Both the position numbers and the translations under genes were made by a program. This document shows, piece by piece, positions 1-9,382 of a DNA stretch of 64,000 nt (the first letter of the stretch is position 1; each line of letters begins with the position of its first letter). The notes below the pieces were generated by a model, which saw only the letters and a program-made list of their open reading frames with translations, did no database searches and had not been told where the DNA came from. Source of the DNA: an uncultured bacterium (GTDB lineage: Bacteria; Chloroflexota; UBA5177; JANWHV01); contig CAWHAE010000015.1 in assembly GCA_963827235.1 (NCBI GenBank), forward strand, positions 89,230 to 153,229, written 5' to 3'.

Positions 1-120
1 TTCCCCTACTATGCCCCGCCGGTACTGAACGTGATCAAGGGCAAGATGAGCGCCGCGCAGGCCCAGCAGCAGATGTACAACGACGTATTGAACAAGGTGG
101 TCAAGCGCTATAACGGATAG
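1..120 (+). CDS. 3' end of probable ABC sugar-binding protein (partial)
   Basis: Frame 1 is open from the window edge (FPYYAPPVLNVIKGKMSAAQAQQQMYNDVLNKVVKRYNG*) and lies directly upstream of two carbohydrate permeases; product inferred from context. Confidence 0.6.
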   Translation, partial: FPYYAPPVLNVIKGKMSAAQAQQQMYNDVLNKVVKRYNG

Positions 121-160
121 TAGCGACCGCGAGTCGAATCGCGCGGTGCCGTAACGTGTG

Positions 161-200
161 GCTCCGGGAGGCGTGGGTCTTCGGACCCCGCCTCTGGAGC
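161..200 (+). terminator. Intercistronic stem-loop with C(UUCG)G tetraloop
   Basis: GCTCC..GAGGCG.GGGTC-TTCG-GACCC-CGCCTC.GGAGC; no U-tract; a second hairpin CCCGGGAGCGC...GCGCTCCCGGG lies at 275-315. Confidence 0.5.
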
Positions 201-451
201 ACAAACCCAGGTTGTGATTCTGGTCGTGACTCAATCGGTGGCGAATCGCAGAGGAATCTGCTATGGCGTTTGTTCCCGGGAGCGCGCGGACGGAGCGTAT
301 GCTTGCGCTCCCGGGCTACACGCTGGCTTCTGGGCGAGTCCGCGTGTGATAGCGGTAGTCCGTGGCCCCAGAGTCCGCCGATTCGGGTGTCGGAGAGTTC
401 TGGCTTGAGTGGGTGTATGGTGCCGACGAGGCCAAGACAGGGCAGGCGGAC

Positions 452-1390
452 ATGACTGAGCGCCGAAGCGCAGTTCTCGTTTCCCCTTCATCCCCTTCAC
501 AGAACAGTGGATATATGAGGCGCGTGCGGCTCATCCGCACGACTGCGCCCTACGTGTTCATCGCGCCGTTCTTCATCATCTTCTTCGCCTTCTTCGCCTA
601 TCCCGTCGCCTACTCGTTCTACGTCAGCCTGCACGCGTACACGGGGCAGGGCACGATGAAGTGGGTCGGCTGGGGCAACTATAACTTTGCCCTTTCCGAC
701 AACTACTTCTGGGGGGCGCTGGAGAATACCGGCTTCTTCTGGCTGTCGGTGCCGATCACGGTCTTTCTCGCGCTGATCCTCGCCGTGATCTGGAACCGGC
801 CCGGCATGCTCGGCCGCAGCGTCCTGCTGGTGCTGTTTCTCATGCCCACCGTTATCTCCGTCGTGGCCATTTCGGTGGTGTTCAAGATCCTCTATGACCC
901 GACCGCCGGGCCGGTCGATACGGCCCTGGGGTGGCTGGGCATCCCGCCGGTCGACTGGCTTAACGACGACACCTCGGCGCGGTTCGGCCTGCTGATCCTG
1001 CGTATCTGGGAGACGCTCGGCCTGGGCATCCTGTTCATCGCCTCATCCCTGCAGGCCATCTCCCAGGACTTCTACGACGCTGCCGCCGTGGACGGCAGCG
1101 GGCCGATGCGTACCTTCATCTCCATCACCGTGCCGCTGCTGGCGCGTACCATCCTGTTCCTCACCGTGTGGTACACGCTGACGGCCCTGAGCCTCTTCGC
1201 CGAGCCGCTGCTGGTGATGAGTAACGGTGGTCCTGACAACTCGACCGTGACGCTCGGTCTGTATCTATTCCTGAAGGATGTAAACCTCGATCTCGGCACA
1301 GCGTCGGCCGTCTCCTTCTTGACCACGGTCGTCATGATGATCATGTCGGTGCTGCTGTTCCTGGGTGCGCGCCGCTGGACGAGAGAGTAG
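452..1390 (+). CDS. Carbohydrate ABC transporter permease (MalF/UgpA-type)
   Basis: Multiple TM helices, PYVFIAPFF, EAA-like loop (YDAAAVDGSG), ITVPLL, NGGPDNST; start uncertain (362/452/515). Confidence 0.9.
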   Translation: MTERRSAVLVSPSSPSQNSGYMRRVRLIRTTAPYVFIAPFFIIFFAFFAYPVAYSFYVSLHAYTGQGTMKWVGWGNYNFALSDNYFWGALENTGFFWLSVPITVFLALILAVIWNRPGMLGRSVLLVLFLMPTVISVVAISVVFKILYDPTAGPVDTALGWLGIPPVDWLNDDTSARFGLLILRIWETLGLGILFIASSLQAISQDFYDAAAVDGSGPMRTFISITVPLLARTILFLTVWYTLTALSLFAEPLLVMSNGGPDNSTVTLGLYLFLKDVNLDLGTASAVSFLTTVVMMIMSVLLFLGARRWTRE

Positions 1391-1424
1391 AGACGGGAGA
1401 CTTCAGCGTGCACGGAGATCGGCC

Positions 1425-2309
1425 ATGAGCATCGCACTCGAGATGAAGTCGCATCGCAGACGACGGGCCCTCACGCCTACTCGAGTCGGCGGTGTGCTGC
1501 TGCTGGTCCTGGCTTGGGTCATCGGGCTCATCTGCGTCTTTCCCCTCGCCTGGACCACATGGGCGTCTTTCCGCCCGGATTCGAGCTTTCTCAGTAACCC
1601 ATTCGCCGTCAACGTGCACGAGCTGATGGCGAGCAACTACTCGAGCGCTTGGAACCAGAGTGACTTCAATACCGGTTTCAAGAACAGTGCCGTGCAGGTT
1701 ACAGTCATCCTGGCTACCACGCTGTTCTTCTGCCCGCTCGCCGGCTACGGCTTCGCCAAGTTCAACTTCCGGGGCAAGAGCTTCTTGTTCGGCTTGATGA
1801 TGCTGACGCTCTTCTTCGTTCCCATTACCCAGTACATCCCTCTGCTCCTCGAGCTGAACAATTTCGGCTGGCTCGATACCTACCACGGGCTGGTCATTCC
1901 CCTGCTGATCAGCTCCCTGGGCATCTTCTGGATGAACGGCGTGATCGCCGGCATCCCCAATGAGCTGCTGCACGCGGCACGCGTGGACGGCTGCGGCCTG
2001 TTCTCGACCTGGTGGCGCGTGGTCATGCCCGTGATCAGGCCGGCCCTGGTGAGCCTGGCTGTGATCACGTTCCTGGGGACCTACAACGACTATTTCTGGC
2101 CGCTGCTCGTCGTGCCCGCGCTGCCCACGGTGCAAATCACATTAGGCACGCTGGCGACGACGCTGTTTGCGCAGGCGCAGACCACCACGCAAAGCTGGGG
2201 CGCCTTGCTAGCCGGCAGCGTCATCGTGTTCGCGCCGACCGTGATCGTCTTCCTCGCCATGCAGCGTTTCTTCCTGCGCGGTGTGTTGCAGGGCAGTCTC
2301 AAGGAATGA
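1425..2309 (+). CDS. Carbohydrate ABC transporter permease (MalG-type)
   Basis: AGYGFAKFNFRGK, ELLHAARVDG loop, NDYFWPL, MQRFFLRGVLQGSLKE; GGAG upstream of ATG 1425. Confidence 0.92.
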   Translation: MSIALEMKSHRRRRALTPTRVGGVLLLVLAWVIGLICVFPLAWTTWASFRPDSSFLSNPFAVNVHELMASNYSSAWNQSDFNTGFKNSAVQVTVILATTLFFCPLAGYGFAKFNFRGKSFLFGLMMLTLFFVPITQYIPLLLELNNFGWLDTYHGLVIPLLISSLGIFWMNGVIAGIPNELLHAARVDGCGLFSTWWRVVMPVIRPALVSLAVITFLGTYNDYFWPLLVVPALPTVQITLGTLATTLFAQAQTTTQSWGALLAGSVIVFAPTVIVFLAMQRFFLRGVLQGSLKE

Positions 2310-2313
2310 CAGA

Positions 2314-3810
2314 GTGATACAGGCACAAGTTCATCTCGATACGGAACATAATGCCGGTCCGATCGACCGCCGGATCTTCGGAGGCTTCCTGGAGCACCTC
2401 GGACGTGCGGTCTACGAGGGCGTCTACGATCCCGGAAGCGCGCTGGCCGATCAGCATGGCTTTCGACGCGACGTGGCCGATAGCCTGAGCGCGCTGGAGA
2501 TGCCCGTGGTCCGCTATCCCGGCGGCAACTTCGTGAGCTGCTACGACTGGAAGGACGGCGTCGGACCGAGAGAGGCGCGGCCGAGCCGCCCGGACTACGC
2601 CTGGCGGTCTATCGAGACCAACCAGTTCGGCACCGACGAGTTCATGGACTGGTGCAAGATGCTCGGCACGGAGCCCATGCTGGCAGTCAATCTCGGCACG
2701 GGCAATACGGCGGGCGCTGCACAGCTTCTGGAGTACTGCAACCTGGCGGGCGGCAGCTACTGGGCCGACCAGCGCCGCCGGCATGGGCACGCCGACCCCT
2801 ACAGGGTGAAGCTGTGGTGCATGGGCAACGAGATGGACGGCCCCTGGCAGGCGGGGCACGTGCCCGCCGGCGTCTACGCGCAGCGGGCGGACCAGGCGGC
2901 AACCATGATGAAGGGGCTCGACCCGAGCATCGAGACCGTCGCCTGCGGCTCGTCCCATCGCAACATGCCGACCTATATGGAGTGGGATCGCGCGGTGCTG
3001 GAGTATTGCTGGGAGCACGTCGACTATATCTCCGCCCACCGGTACAGCCATAACCGCGCCGACGACAGCGCCTGGTTCCTGGCCGAGGGCCTGGAGATCG
3101 ATCGCGTGCTCGACGACTACGCCGGCCTGCTGACCTACGTGCGCGGCGTGAAGAAGAGCGACAAGAAGGTCTTCCTGTCGTTCGATGAGTGGAACGTCTG
3201 GTACAAGGATCGGGCCGATGACGGCCGGTGGGCGGCCGCGCCACACCTGCTCGAAGAGGTCTACAACCTGGAAGACGCCCTGGTCTGCGCCCAGTACCTG
3301 ACCGGCTTCCTGCGCCACGCGGACACTGTGAAGATCGCCTGCATCGCCCAGATCGTGAACGTGATCGCGCCCATCCTCACCCGGAGCGATGGACTCCTGG
3401 TGCAGGCGACCTACTACCCATTCCGCATGATCTCGCGGTGCGCCCGCGGCGAGGCACTGAAGCCCGTGGTCTGCTGTCCGACCTATAAGGCGGGCGAGCG
3501 GGGCGAGGCGCCGGTGCTGGACTGCGCGGCGAGCTACGATGCGGCGACCGGATCGGCCGCGGTATTCATCGTCAATCGGCATCTGCAGGACGACCTCGAG
3601 GTGACGGTGGACGTGGCGGACCGGCAGCTGGCCGGCATCGCCGGCCTCGAGGTGCTAGGCGGCGGGGACGTGAAGGCCGCGAATAGCTGGGAGCACCCGC
3701 ACGCCGTATCGCCCGTCAGGGGCGAGGCGGCGCTCGACGGCGGTGTGGCGCGCATGCGCATCCCGGCGCCCGGTTTGGCGGTGCTGCGCCTGGAGACTCG
3801 CCGGGCGTAA
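2314..3810 (+). CDS. abfA: Alpha-L-arabinofuranosidase, GH51
   Basis: FLEHLGRAVYEG, RYPGGNF, GNEMDGPWQ (acid/base), FDEWNVW (nucleophile), AQIVNVIAPI. Confidence 0.92.
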   Translation: MIQAQVHLDTEHNAGPIDRRIFGGFLEHLGRAVYEGVYDPGSALADQHGFRRDVADSLSALEMPVVRYPGGNFVSCYDWKDGVGPREARPSRPDYAWRSIETNQFGTDEFMDWCKMLGTEPMLAVNLGTGNTAGAAQLLEYCNLAGGSYWADQRRRHGHADPYRVKLWCMGNEMDGPWQAGHVPAGVYAQRADQAATMMKGLDPSIETVACGSSHRNMPTYMEWDRAVLEYCWEHVDYISAHRYSHNRADDSAWFLAEGLEIDRVLDDYAGLLTYVRGVKKSDKKVFLSFDEWNVWYKDRADDGRWAAAPHLLEEVYNLEDALVCAQYLTGFLRHADTVKIACIAQIVNVIAPILTRSDGLLVQATYYPFRMISRCARGEALKPVVCCPTYKAGERGEAPVLDCAASYDAATGSAAVFIVNRHLQDDLEVTVDVADRQLAGIAGLEVLGGGDVKAANSWEHPHAVSPVRGEAALDGGVARMRIPAPGLAVLRLETRRA

Positions 3811-3828
3811 GGGTGAGGGCAGCGCTGC

Positions 3829-6231
3829 TCAGCTCATGTGCAGGATCTCGCCGCCGGTGCCGACGGCGACGCAGGTAGTGGCGCGAGTACAGGCCACACC
3901 GTTCAAGACCGCGGTCTTGCTCGCGCCGGCTGCCACCTGACTCGTCCAGGTCCTTCCCCCGTCCGCGGTGGTCAGGATGGTGCCGTACTGGCCCACGGCG
4001 GCGCAGAAGGCGGCGCCGGCGCAGCTCACCGCGTGCAGCGTGCTGCCCAGCACGACGGCGTCGAACGAGGCATAGCTGGACCACGTCGTGCCGCCGTCGT
4101 GGCTGCTCAGGATGGTTCCGTCGTAGTCGCCGCCCACGGCAATGCACATCTGCGGGCTCGGACAGCTCACGCCGGTCAGCGTCGTCTCTTTGGTGCCCGA
4201 CTGTCGGCTTGCCCAGGTCGTGCCGCCGTCCTTGCTGACCAGGATGGTGCTGTCGTTGCCCACGGCCAGGCAGAAGGTGATGCTCGGGCAGCTCACGGCT
4301 GCCAGCGCAGCGGTGCCGGCCGCCAGGCGGCCCGTCCAGCTCTTGCCTCCGTCCGCGGTGGTCAGGACGGCGCTGCCGCCTATGCCGGCGCTGCCCACGG
4401 CGACGCAGCGGCCGGTGCTCGGGCAGCTCACCCCGTTGAGGAATGTATCGGGCGCCGGCGCCGGGCTCGTCCAGCTCGTCCCGCCGTCCGTGCTGACCAG
4501 GACGCCGTGCATGAGGGCGGCCAAGCACGTGCTCGCGGTCGGACATGCGACGCCATAGAGGCTGGAGTCGCTACCCGAGCGGCGGCTGCTCCAGCTATGG
4601 CCCTGGTCGGTGGTCACGAGCACGGCACCGTCGTCGCCGGCTGCCAGGCAGAAGCTCGATCCGGCGCAGCCCACGGCGCGCAGGCTCTGCGAGATGCCCG
4701 TGCTACCGCGGCTCCACGTGCTGCCCCCGTCCGCGCTGATGAGGAGGGTGCCGTTCATGCCAGCGGCCAGGCAAAGGCCGCTGCTCGGGCAAGCCACGCT
4801 ATACAGGTTGTTGTCGGTGCCCGAGGTACGGCTCGTCCACGTGGCGCCTCCGTCGGTGCTGGCCAGAATGGTACCACTGTCGCCCACGGCCAGGCAGCTG
4901 CCGCTCGTGGGACAGGCAATGCCGTGCAGGGCGCTATAGACATCGGAGGGCCTCTTGCGGGCGCTCCACGAGGCGCCGCCGTCCGCGCTCGCCAAGATGC
5001 TGCTATCACCGCCGGCGAGGCACAGGCTGCTGCTCGGGCAGGTCACGGCGTAGAGGTCGTCGCTGGTGCCCGAGGTGCGGCTCGTCCACGTGGTGCCGCC
5101 ATCGACGCTGGCCAGGATGGTGCCCTCGTCGCCCACCGCGATGCAGGCGACCGTACTCCGGCAGGTGACGGCTTCCAGCATCTTGGTGGTGCCCGGCGCG
5201 TGGCTCGTCCAGCTGGCGCCGCCATTCTTGCTGCTGAGCACGGCGCCGTCTTCGCCCACTGCCATGCACCACGAGAGGCCGGCGCAGGTGATGCCGCGGA
5301 AGTCCCCGGAATCCGGGCCGATGGCATTCGAGGTCCAATCGACGTTACCTCCCACGGTGGTCAGGGCGACCCCGGCCGGGCGGTCGCTCGAGCCCACGAG
5401 CACGCAGGTACCTGCGGCCGCGCAGCTGGCGGCGACCAGCTTTATCCCGCTGTGCAGGCTCGCCCGGCTCGTCCAGGTAGCACCGCCGTCGGCGCTGCCG
5501 GCCACGGGCGTATCGTCGCTCAGGCTTGAATCGAGCTTCCAGCCCACGGCCCGGCAGTCGCGCGCGCCGCCGCAGGCCACGCCGAAGAGGTCGAGGTTGG
5601 TGCCGGAGGCGCGGCTGCTCCAGGCAGCGGTGCCCGTGCCGGTGGAGACCGAGGTGGCTTTGGCGGGCGCCGTGCTCTCGAGCCAGTAGCCGCAGTTCGG
5701 CTTTGCGTCAGGTTTGGGCGTCCGTTGCTGCAGGCAGAGCTTGGTGCCACGCTGGTAGCGATCGATCGCCCAGCGAAAGGTCTGTACCGCCAGCGAGCCC
5801 TTCTTCGTGTAGTTGTACTTCGCGTTGCAGGTATCCTTGCTGACCACCGCGTTCTGGTCCGGCACGAGCGTGAGGCCGTCCTTGGTGGCGGACGCTTTCC
5901 CCTTGGTGTAGATGTAGTAGGAGGTGGTGCAGCTATAGAAGGAGGTCTGCAGAAGGCCGCCGAACACAAATTGGCCATCGGCCGCAAAGGTATAGCGTTC
6001 GCCCGCCCCGGTAGGAGGGGCATATTCACCGGTCAGGGGATTGACGAAGGTGATGCCGGAGACCGTGCCGGCCGACCAGTTGCCGAGGAGAATCTGGGGA
6101 AGCGGCGCCCCTGCCGGCGCGGTGCCGGGCGAGGCAGTGCTGATCGCGCCCAGCGCGGTGTGAAGCGGCACAGAGAAGACCGGGAGCAGACCAACCATCA
6201 CACACGCCAGGAGAGCAGCACGGCGAAACAC
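3829..6231 (-). CDS. Secreted protein with 14 Cys-rich BNR/YCF48-like repeats (probably two 7-bladed propellers)
   Basis: GGAGG then GTG at 6231, hydrophobic signal-like N-terminus, 14 repeats of W-x~10-(V/I)xC-x5-C-xAVG...SxDGGxT. Confidence 0.8.
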   Translation of the reverse strand: MFRRAALLACVMVGLLPVFSVPLHTALGAISTASPGTAPAGAPLPQILLGNWSAGTVSGITFVNPLTGEYAPPTGAGERYTFAADGQFVFGGLLQTSFYSCTTSYYIYTKGKASATKDGLTLVPDQNAVVSKDTCNAKYNYTKKGSLAVQTFRWAIDRYQRGTKLCLQQRTPKPDAKPNCGYWLESTAPAKATSVSTGTGTAAWSSRASGTNLDLFGVACGGARDCRAVGWKLDSSLSDDTPVAGSADGGATWTSRASLHSGIKLVAASCAAAGTCVLVGSSDRPAGVALTTVGGNVDWTSNAIGPDSGDFRGITCAGLSWCMAVGEDGAVLSSKNGGASWTSHAPGTTKMLEAVTCRSTVACIAVGDEGTILASVDGGTTWTSRTSGTSDDLYAVTCPSSSLCLAGGDSSILASADGGASWSARKRPSDVYSALHGIACPTSGSCLAVGDSGTILASTDGGATWTSRTSGTDNNLYSVACPSSGLCLAAGMNGTLLISADGGSTWSRGSTGISQSLRAVGCAGSSFCLAAGDDGAVLVTTDQGHSWSSRRSGSDSSLYGVACPTASTCLAALMHGVLVSTDGGTSWTSPAPAPDTFLNGVSCPSTGRCVAVGSAGIGGSAVLTTADGGKSWTGRLAAGTAALAAVSCPSITFCLAVGNDSTILVSKDGGTTWASRQSGTKETTLTGVSCPSPQMCIAVGGDYDGTILSSHDGGTTWSSYASFDAVVLGSTLHAVSCAGAAFCAAVGQYGTILTTADGGRTWTSQVAAGASKTAVLNGVACTRATTCVAVGTGGEILHMS

Positions 6232-6494
6232 GATCAACCTCCCGACCACTGGGCCGGCGAGGTCCGGCTCGCCGGCATCGCAGGCAGACGGTGCCACCTA
6301 TCAGCGCCAGTATAGATCGGCTCGGCTCGCTTGTCGCGGTGGGCGCTCTCCGGGACCTCGCCCGGCTTGGGGACATCTGGACCGCCATCAGGGTCTTTCG
6401 GGTATCTGTTCAGGGCTCTGTCTTTGCATAGTGCGTCGGAGTGTTGATGTGTCGTTGACTCCTTTGACGTTTATGAGCACTATTACCTCGTGCA

Positions 6495-7419
6495 CAGGTC
6501 AGCATGGTGCGCCGGCCTGCCGCGTCATAGGTCTCGTGCAGGTGCATACTCACCTGGCCCGCTGCCGGCGTCGCCGTGGCCGGGGTGACCGTGCCGCTGC
6601 TCGTCGCGGTGGCCGTGGGCTCCGCGGCCGGCAGGCTGTCGGCGGCGATCTCCACCACCCGGCCGGCATCGCGCATGGTCAGCCACAGGTTGCCGGCCTC
6701 GTCGAAGGCGATCCCCGCGGGCACGCTGCCCGCCGGCTGGTCCAGCTGGTACTCGCCGATCCTGCCGCCGGCGTCCAGCTGCCCCACCATGCCGGCCTGC
6801 TGCTCCGTGAACCACAGGCTGCCGTCCGGCCCCACGGCCAGCCGGTCTGCTCCCGAGTTGGCCGTGGGCACGTCGATCTCGCAGAAGGTGCCATCGGCGC
6901 TGAGCCGGGCGATCTTGTCGTTCGCATACTCGTTCATGAAGACGCTGCCGTCGGGCGCCCTCGCCACGTAGCCGTTGCCGCCCTCGCCGGCCAGGGAGAC
7001 CGGGTACTGGGTGACCTGGCCGCTGGTCGTGTCCAGCTTGCCCAGGTAGGCCGGCATGTCGCCCGTGTACGCCAGCGCGAACCACAGCACGTGGCCCGCT
7101 CCCAAGGCCAGGCCCATCGGCGACCCGGTGCCGCCGTCCTGCACGGGCAGGGGGTCGTCCGCCAGCAGGGTGCCGCTGGCCTCCACGTGGGCGATCGAGG
7201 AGCTGCCCGTGCTGTTGACGGACAGCCAGAAGGTGCCGTCGCTGTCCTGCGCGATGCCGGCCAGCTCAGCCCAGGTCGTCGATGCTGGGCAGGGAGACGG
7301 CCGTCTCGGTGCCGTCCTGCTGGATGTGGAAGAGCTCGTCGTAGTAGCCGGCCGCCCAGATCGAGCCGTCGGCGCCCAGCACCATGCCTGCCACGATGTC
7401 GTAGCCGGGCGCGGTGAAG
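6495..7419 (-). pseudogene. Tip-less orphan fragment of the main rhs gene (Vgb-like propeller plus first YD repeat)
   Basis: Near-identical to about 29480-30410; frameshift near 7270; homology stops after YDAAGRRT. Confidence 0.85.
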
Positions 7420-7631
7420 CACTCTCTACACGGCAGTGGCAGGCATTGGTGCCGGACACCATCACCCCACTTCCACAGCACAGGCGCCAAGGTTGCAGCA
7501 GGGAGGATGCGCAGTGTTTCAGCGTGCTGTGCCTTGGGGTGCAAGCGCCGAAGTACTTTGGGCCAACACAATGGACCTACAGGCCGGCACAGGGTCTGGC
7601 CGCTGCGTGCAGGGTAAGGAGCGCGAACTAC

Positions 7632-7997
7632 TTAGTACCTGTCGCCGGCAGTCGTGCTCGGCAGGTCGAAGGCGATGAGGAGTGCCTGTTCGATGCCGGC
7701 GATAGCGGTGGCGCTGAGCATGCCGAGTCTGCGCAGCAGTCTCCCGTGACTGAGCACCCGAACCTGTTCGCCCAGAGCGATAGAGTCTGTGCTGAGACCG
7801 CCATCAGGACTATGCAGAAGGATTTGGCTGGGGTAGATGCGCTGCCCACGGTAGGTCGTGCAGGGGACGGCGAGCACTATCCCGCTGTTCGCATTGATCG
7901 CGTTGCGGGAGACGATGACGACCGGTCGACTGCCTGCTTGCTCGGACCCTTCGGTCGGATCCAGCCGCGCGCTGTACACCTCGCCGCGCAAGATCAT
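7632..7997 (-). CDS. mazF: PemK/MazF-family toxin
   Basis: RGEVYSARLDPTEGSEQAGSRPVVIVS...VPCTT...SIALGEQVR; 4-bp overlap with the upstream antitoxin. Confidence 0.9.
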   Translation of the reverse strand: MILRGEVYSARLDPTEGSEQAGSRPVVIVSRNAINANSGIVLAVPCTTYRGQRIYPSQILLHSPDGGLSTDSIALGEQVRVLSHGRLLRRLGMLSATAIAGIEQALLIAFDLPSTTAGDRY

Positions 7998-8290
7998 AGC
8001 GGCTCAGCCGCCTGAAGTGCCTCCCAGCTCGAGCGGTCTAGCCCCTTTTCGAGCAACTCGGCTTCGGCGAGATACTCGGTGTCAGTCGCCATGCCGACGA
8101 AAGCGGCGTCGATCGCCGTGCGGCGCTGCTCCGCCAGAAACCGGCGCAGCGCCTCCGCAAGCAGGTCGTTGCGCGATTTGGCAACACCCGCCTCAATTGC
8201 CCGGTCGGCGGCGTCAAGCAACGCCTTTGGCAGCGCGACCGTGGTGCGCGAAACGTCAGAGTTCATCGGCGTCAAGCCCCTTCTTGGCAT
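7994..8290 (-). CDS. Ribbon-helix-helix antitoxin
   Basis: RTTVALPKALLDAAD...SRNDLLAEALRRFL RHH pattern with acidic C-terminus; start may be ATG 8266. Confidence 0.82.
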   Translation of the reverse strand: MPRRGLTPMNSDVSRTTVALPKALLDAADRAIEAGVAKSRNDLLAEALRRFLAEQRRTAIDAAFVGMATDTEYLAEAELLEKGLDRSSWEALQAAEPL

Positions 8291-8522
8291 CAGGATCGAT
8301 GCTTCGAATGATAGCAGATACGGTGCGAGATGATACAGCGTGCAACAGCCTTCGCTGGGCTGTGCTGGCTGAAAAGTCCATCCGGCTGTGTCAAGTAGCG
8401 CGAAAAGCTGAATGGGAAGTTGCCTGCTCCTTCATGCTGATGGAGGCAATTCGCACCTGCGCCCTGAGCTTTAGGTAGCGCTACTCGGGCGGACGGGCTT
8501 TCCGGCCAGCACAACCGGTGCC

Positions 8523-8599
8523 GCTCAGGGTCACGTATCGGTGATCACCGTGCGGTTGCCTGCCCCGTCGTAGTGGTCCTGCTCGCTGCTGCCATCCGG
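8523..8599 (-). pseudogene. Tiny rhs-core remnant (PDGSSEQDHYDGAGNRTVIT)
   Basis: Minus-strand translation matches the PDGSSEQDAYDAAGNRTVIT segment of the other cores. Confidence 0.7.
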
Positions 8600-8850
8600 T
8601 CCCCGGCGCCTACTATGTGCGCACACGCGATATCGTGATTAGGAAAGGCAAGCACGAGCAGCCTGACGAGGAGTACGTGTGCTCCACGACGCCTACTCGG
8701 GCGTAACGGCCACGCCCGGGCGGCCAATCTGCCCCTCGCCGATTGTCAGGTCCGCGTCGATGTTGGCGCCTGTCTGCCCCTTCTCCAGCGCATACCCTGG
8801 CCGCACGCCTACGGAAATAGGACGTATCCAGGACGGCCGGTCACTCTGGT

Positions 8851-9369
8851 TCACGCCTCGCCTCGCTCCAGAAGCTTCCTCACCGCTACAAAAGGCGGCT
8901 CAGAATCATTGCGCCCTCGACCGCGAAAGCAGTAGTGATAGGCTCGAGACTCAATGTTGCGGCACACAAACTTACCATCAGAAGCAATCCGGTAACTGGC
9001 AAACTGCATAGCGCTGCTTCCTAGAGCATGGGCTATGTCGCCAAACCGTGGTGCCACGCCTTCGGGCATACACCACCCAGGAATGTCCGAATCCGTTCCC
9101 TCATCGGCCTCGATCTCCAGGAACCAGGCGCGTCGAGCCGCACCCTCGCTTGTCGCCCACATCACTCCAGCCACATACGGACCGTCCGTCCCCTCCTCGA
9201 CATCTTGACCCCTAGCTCGAATGGGGGTGACAGCCAAGTATGCGTCAGCGCCAAGCCTGTAGAGAACAGCGCGCGTTCTGCCTCTAATCATGTTGTCGTC
9301 GCGGATCTGGTCAACAACTTCTGCTAAGGGAGTCCAAATCGGCATTGTCAGGATCCTGCCAAGTTCCAT
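8851..9369 (-). CDS. Putative immunity protein for cassette A
   Basis: Begins 13 bp after the toxin stop with an AGGAGG RBS; lower GC; family not recognised. Confidence 0.75.
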   Translation of the reverse strand: MELGRILTMPIWTPLAEVVDQIRDDNMIRGRTRAVLYRLGADAYLAVTPIRARGQDVEEGTDGPYVAGVMWATSEGAARRAWFLEIEADEGTDSDIPGWCMPEGVAPRFGDIAHALGSSAMQFASYRIASDGKFVCRNIESRAYHYCFRGRGRNDSEPPFVAVRKLLERGEA

Positions 9370-9382
9370 GGGACGCTTCCTC

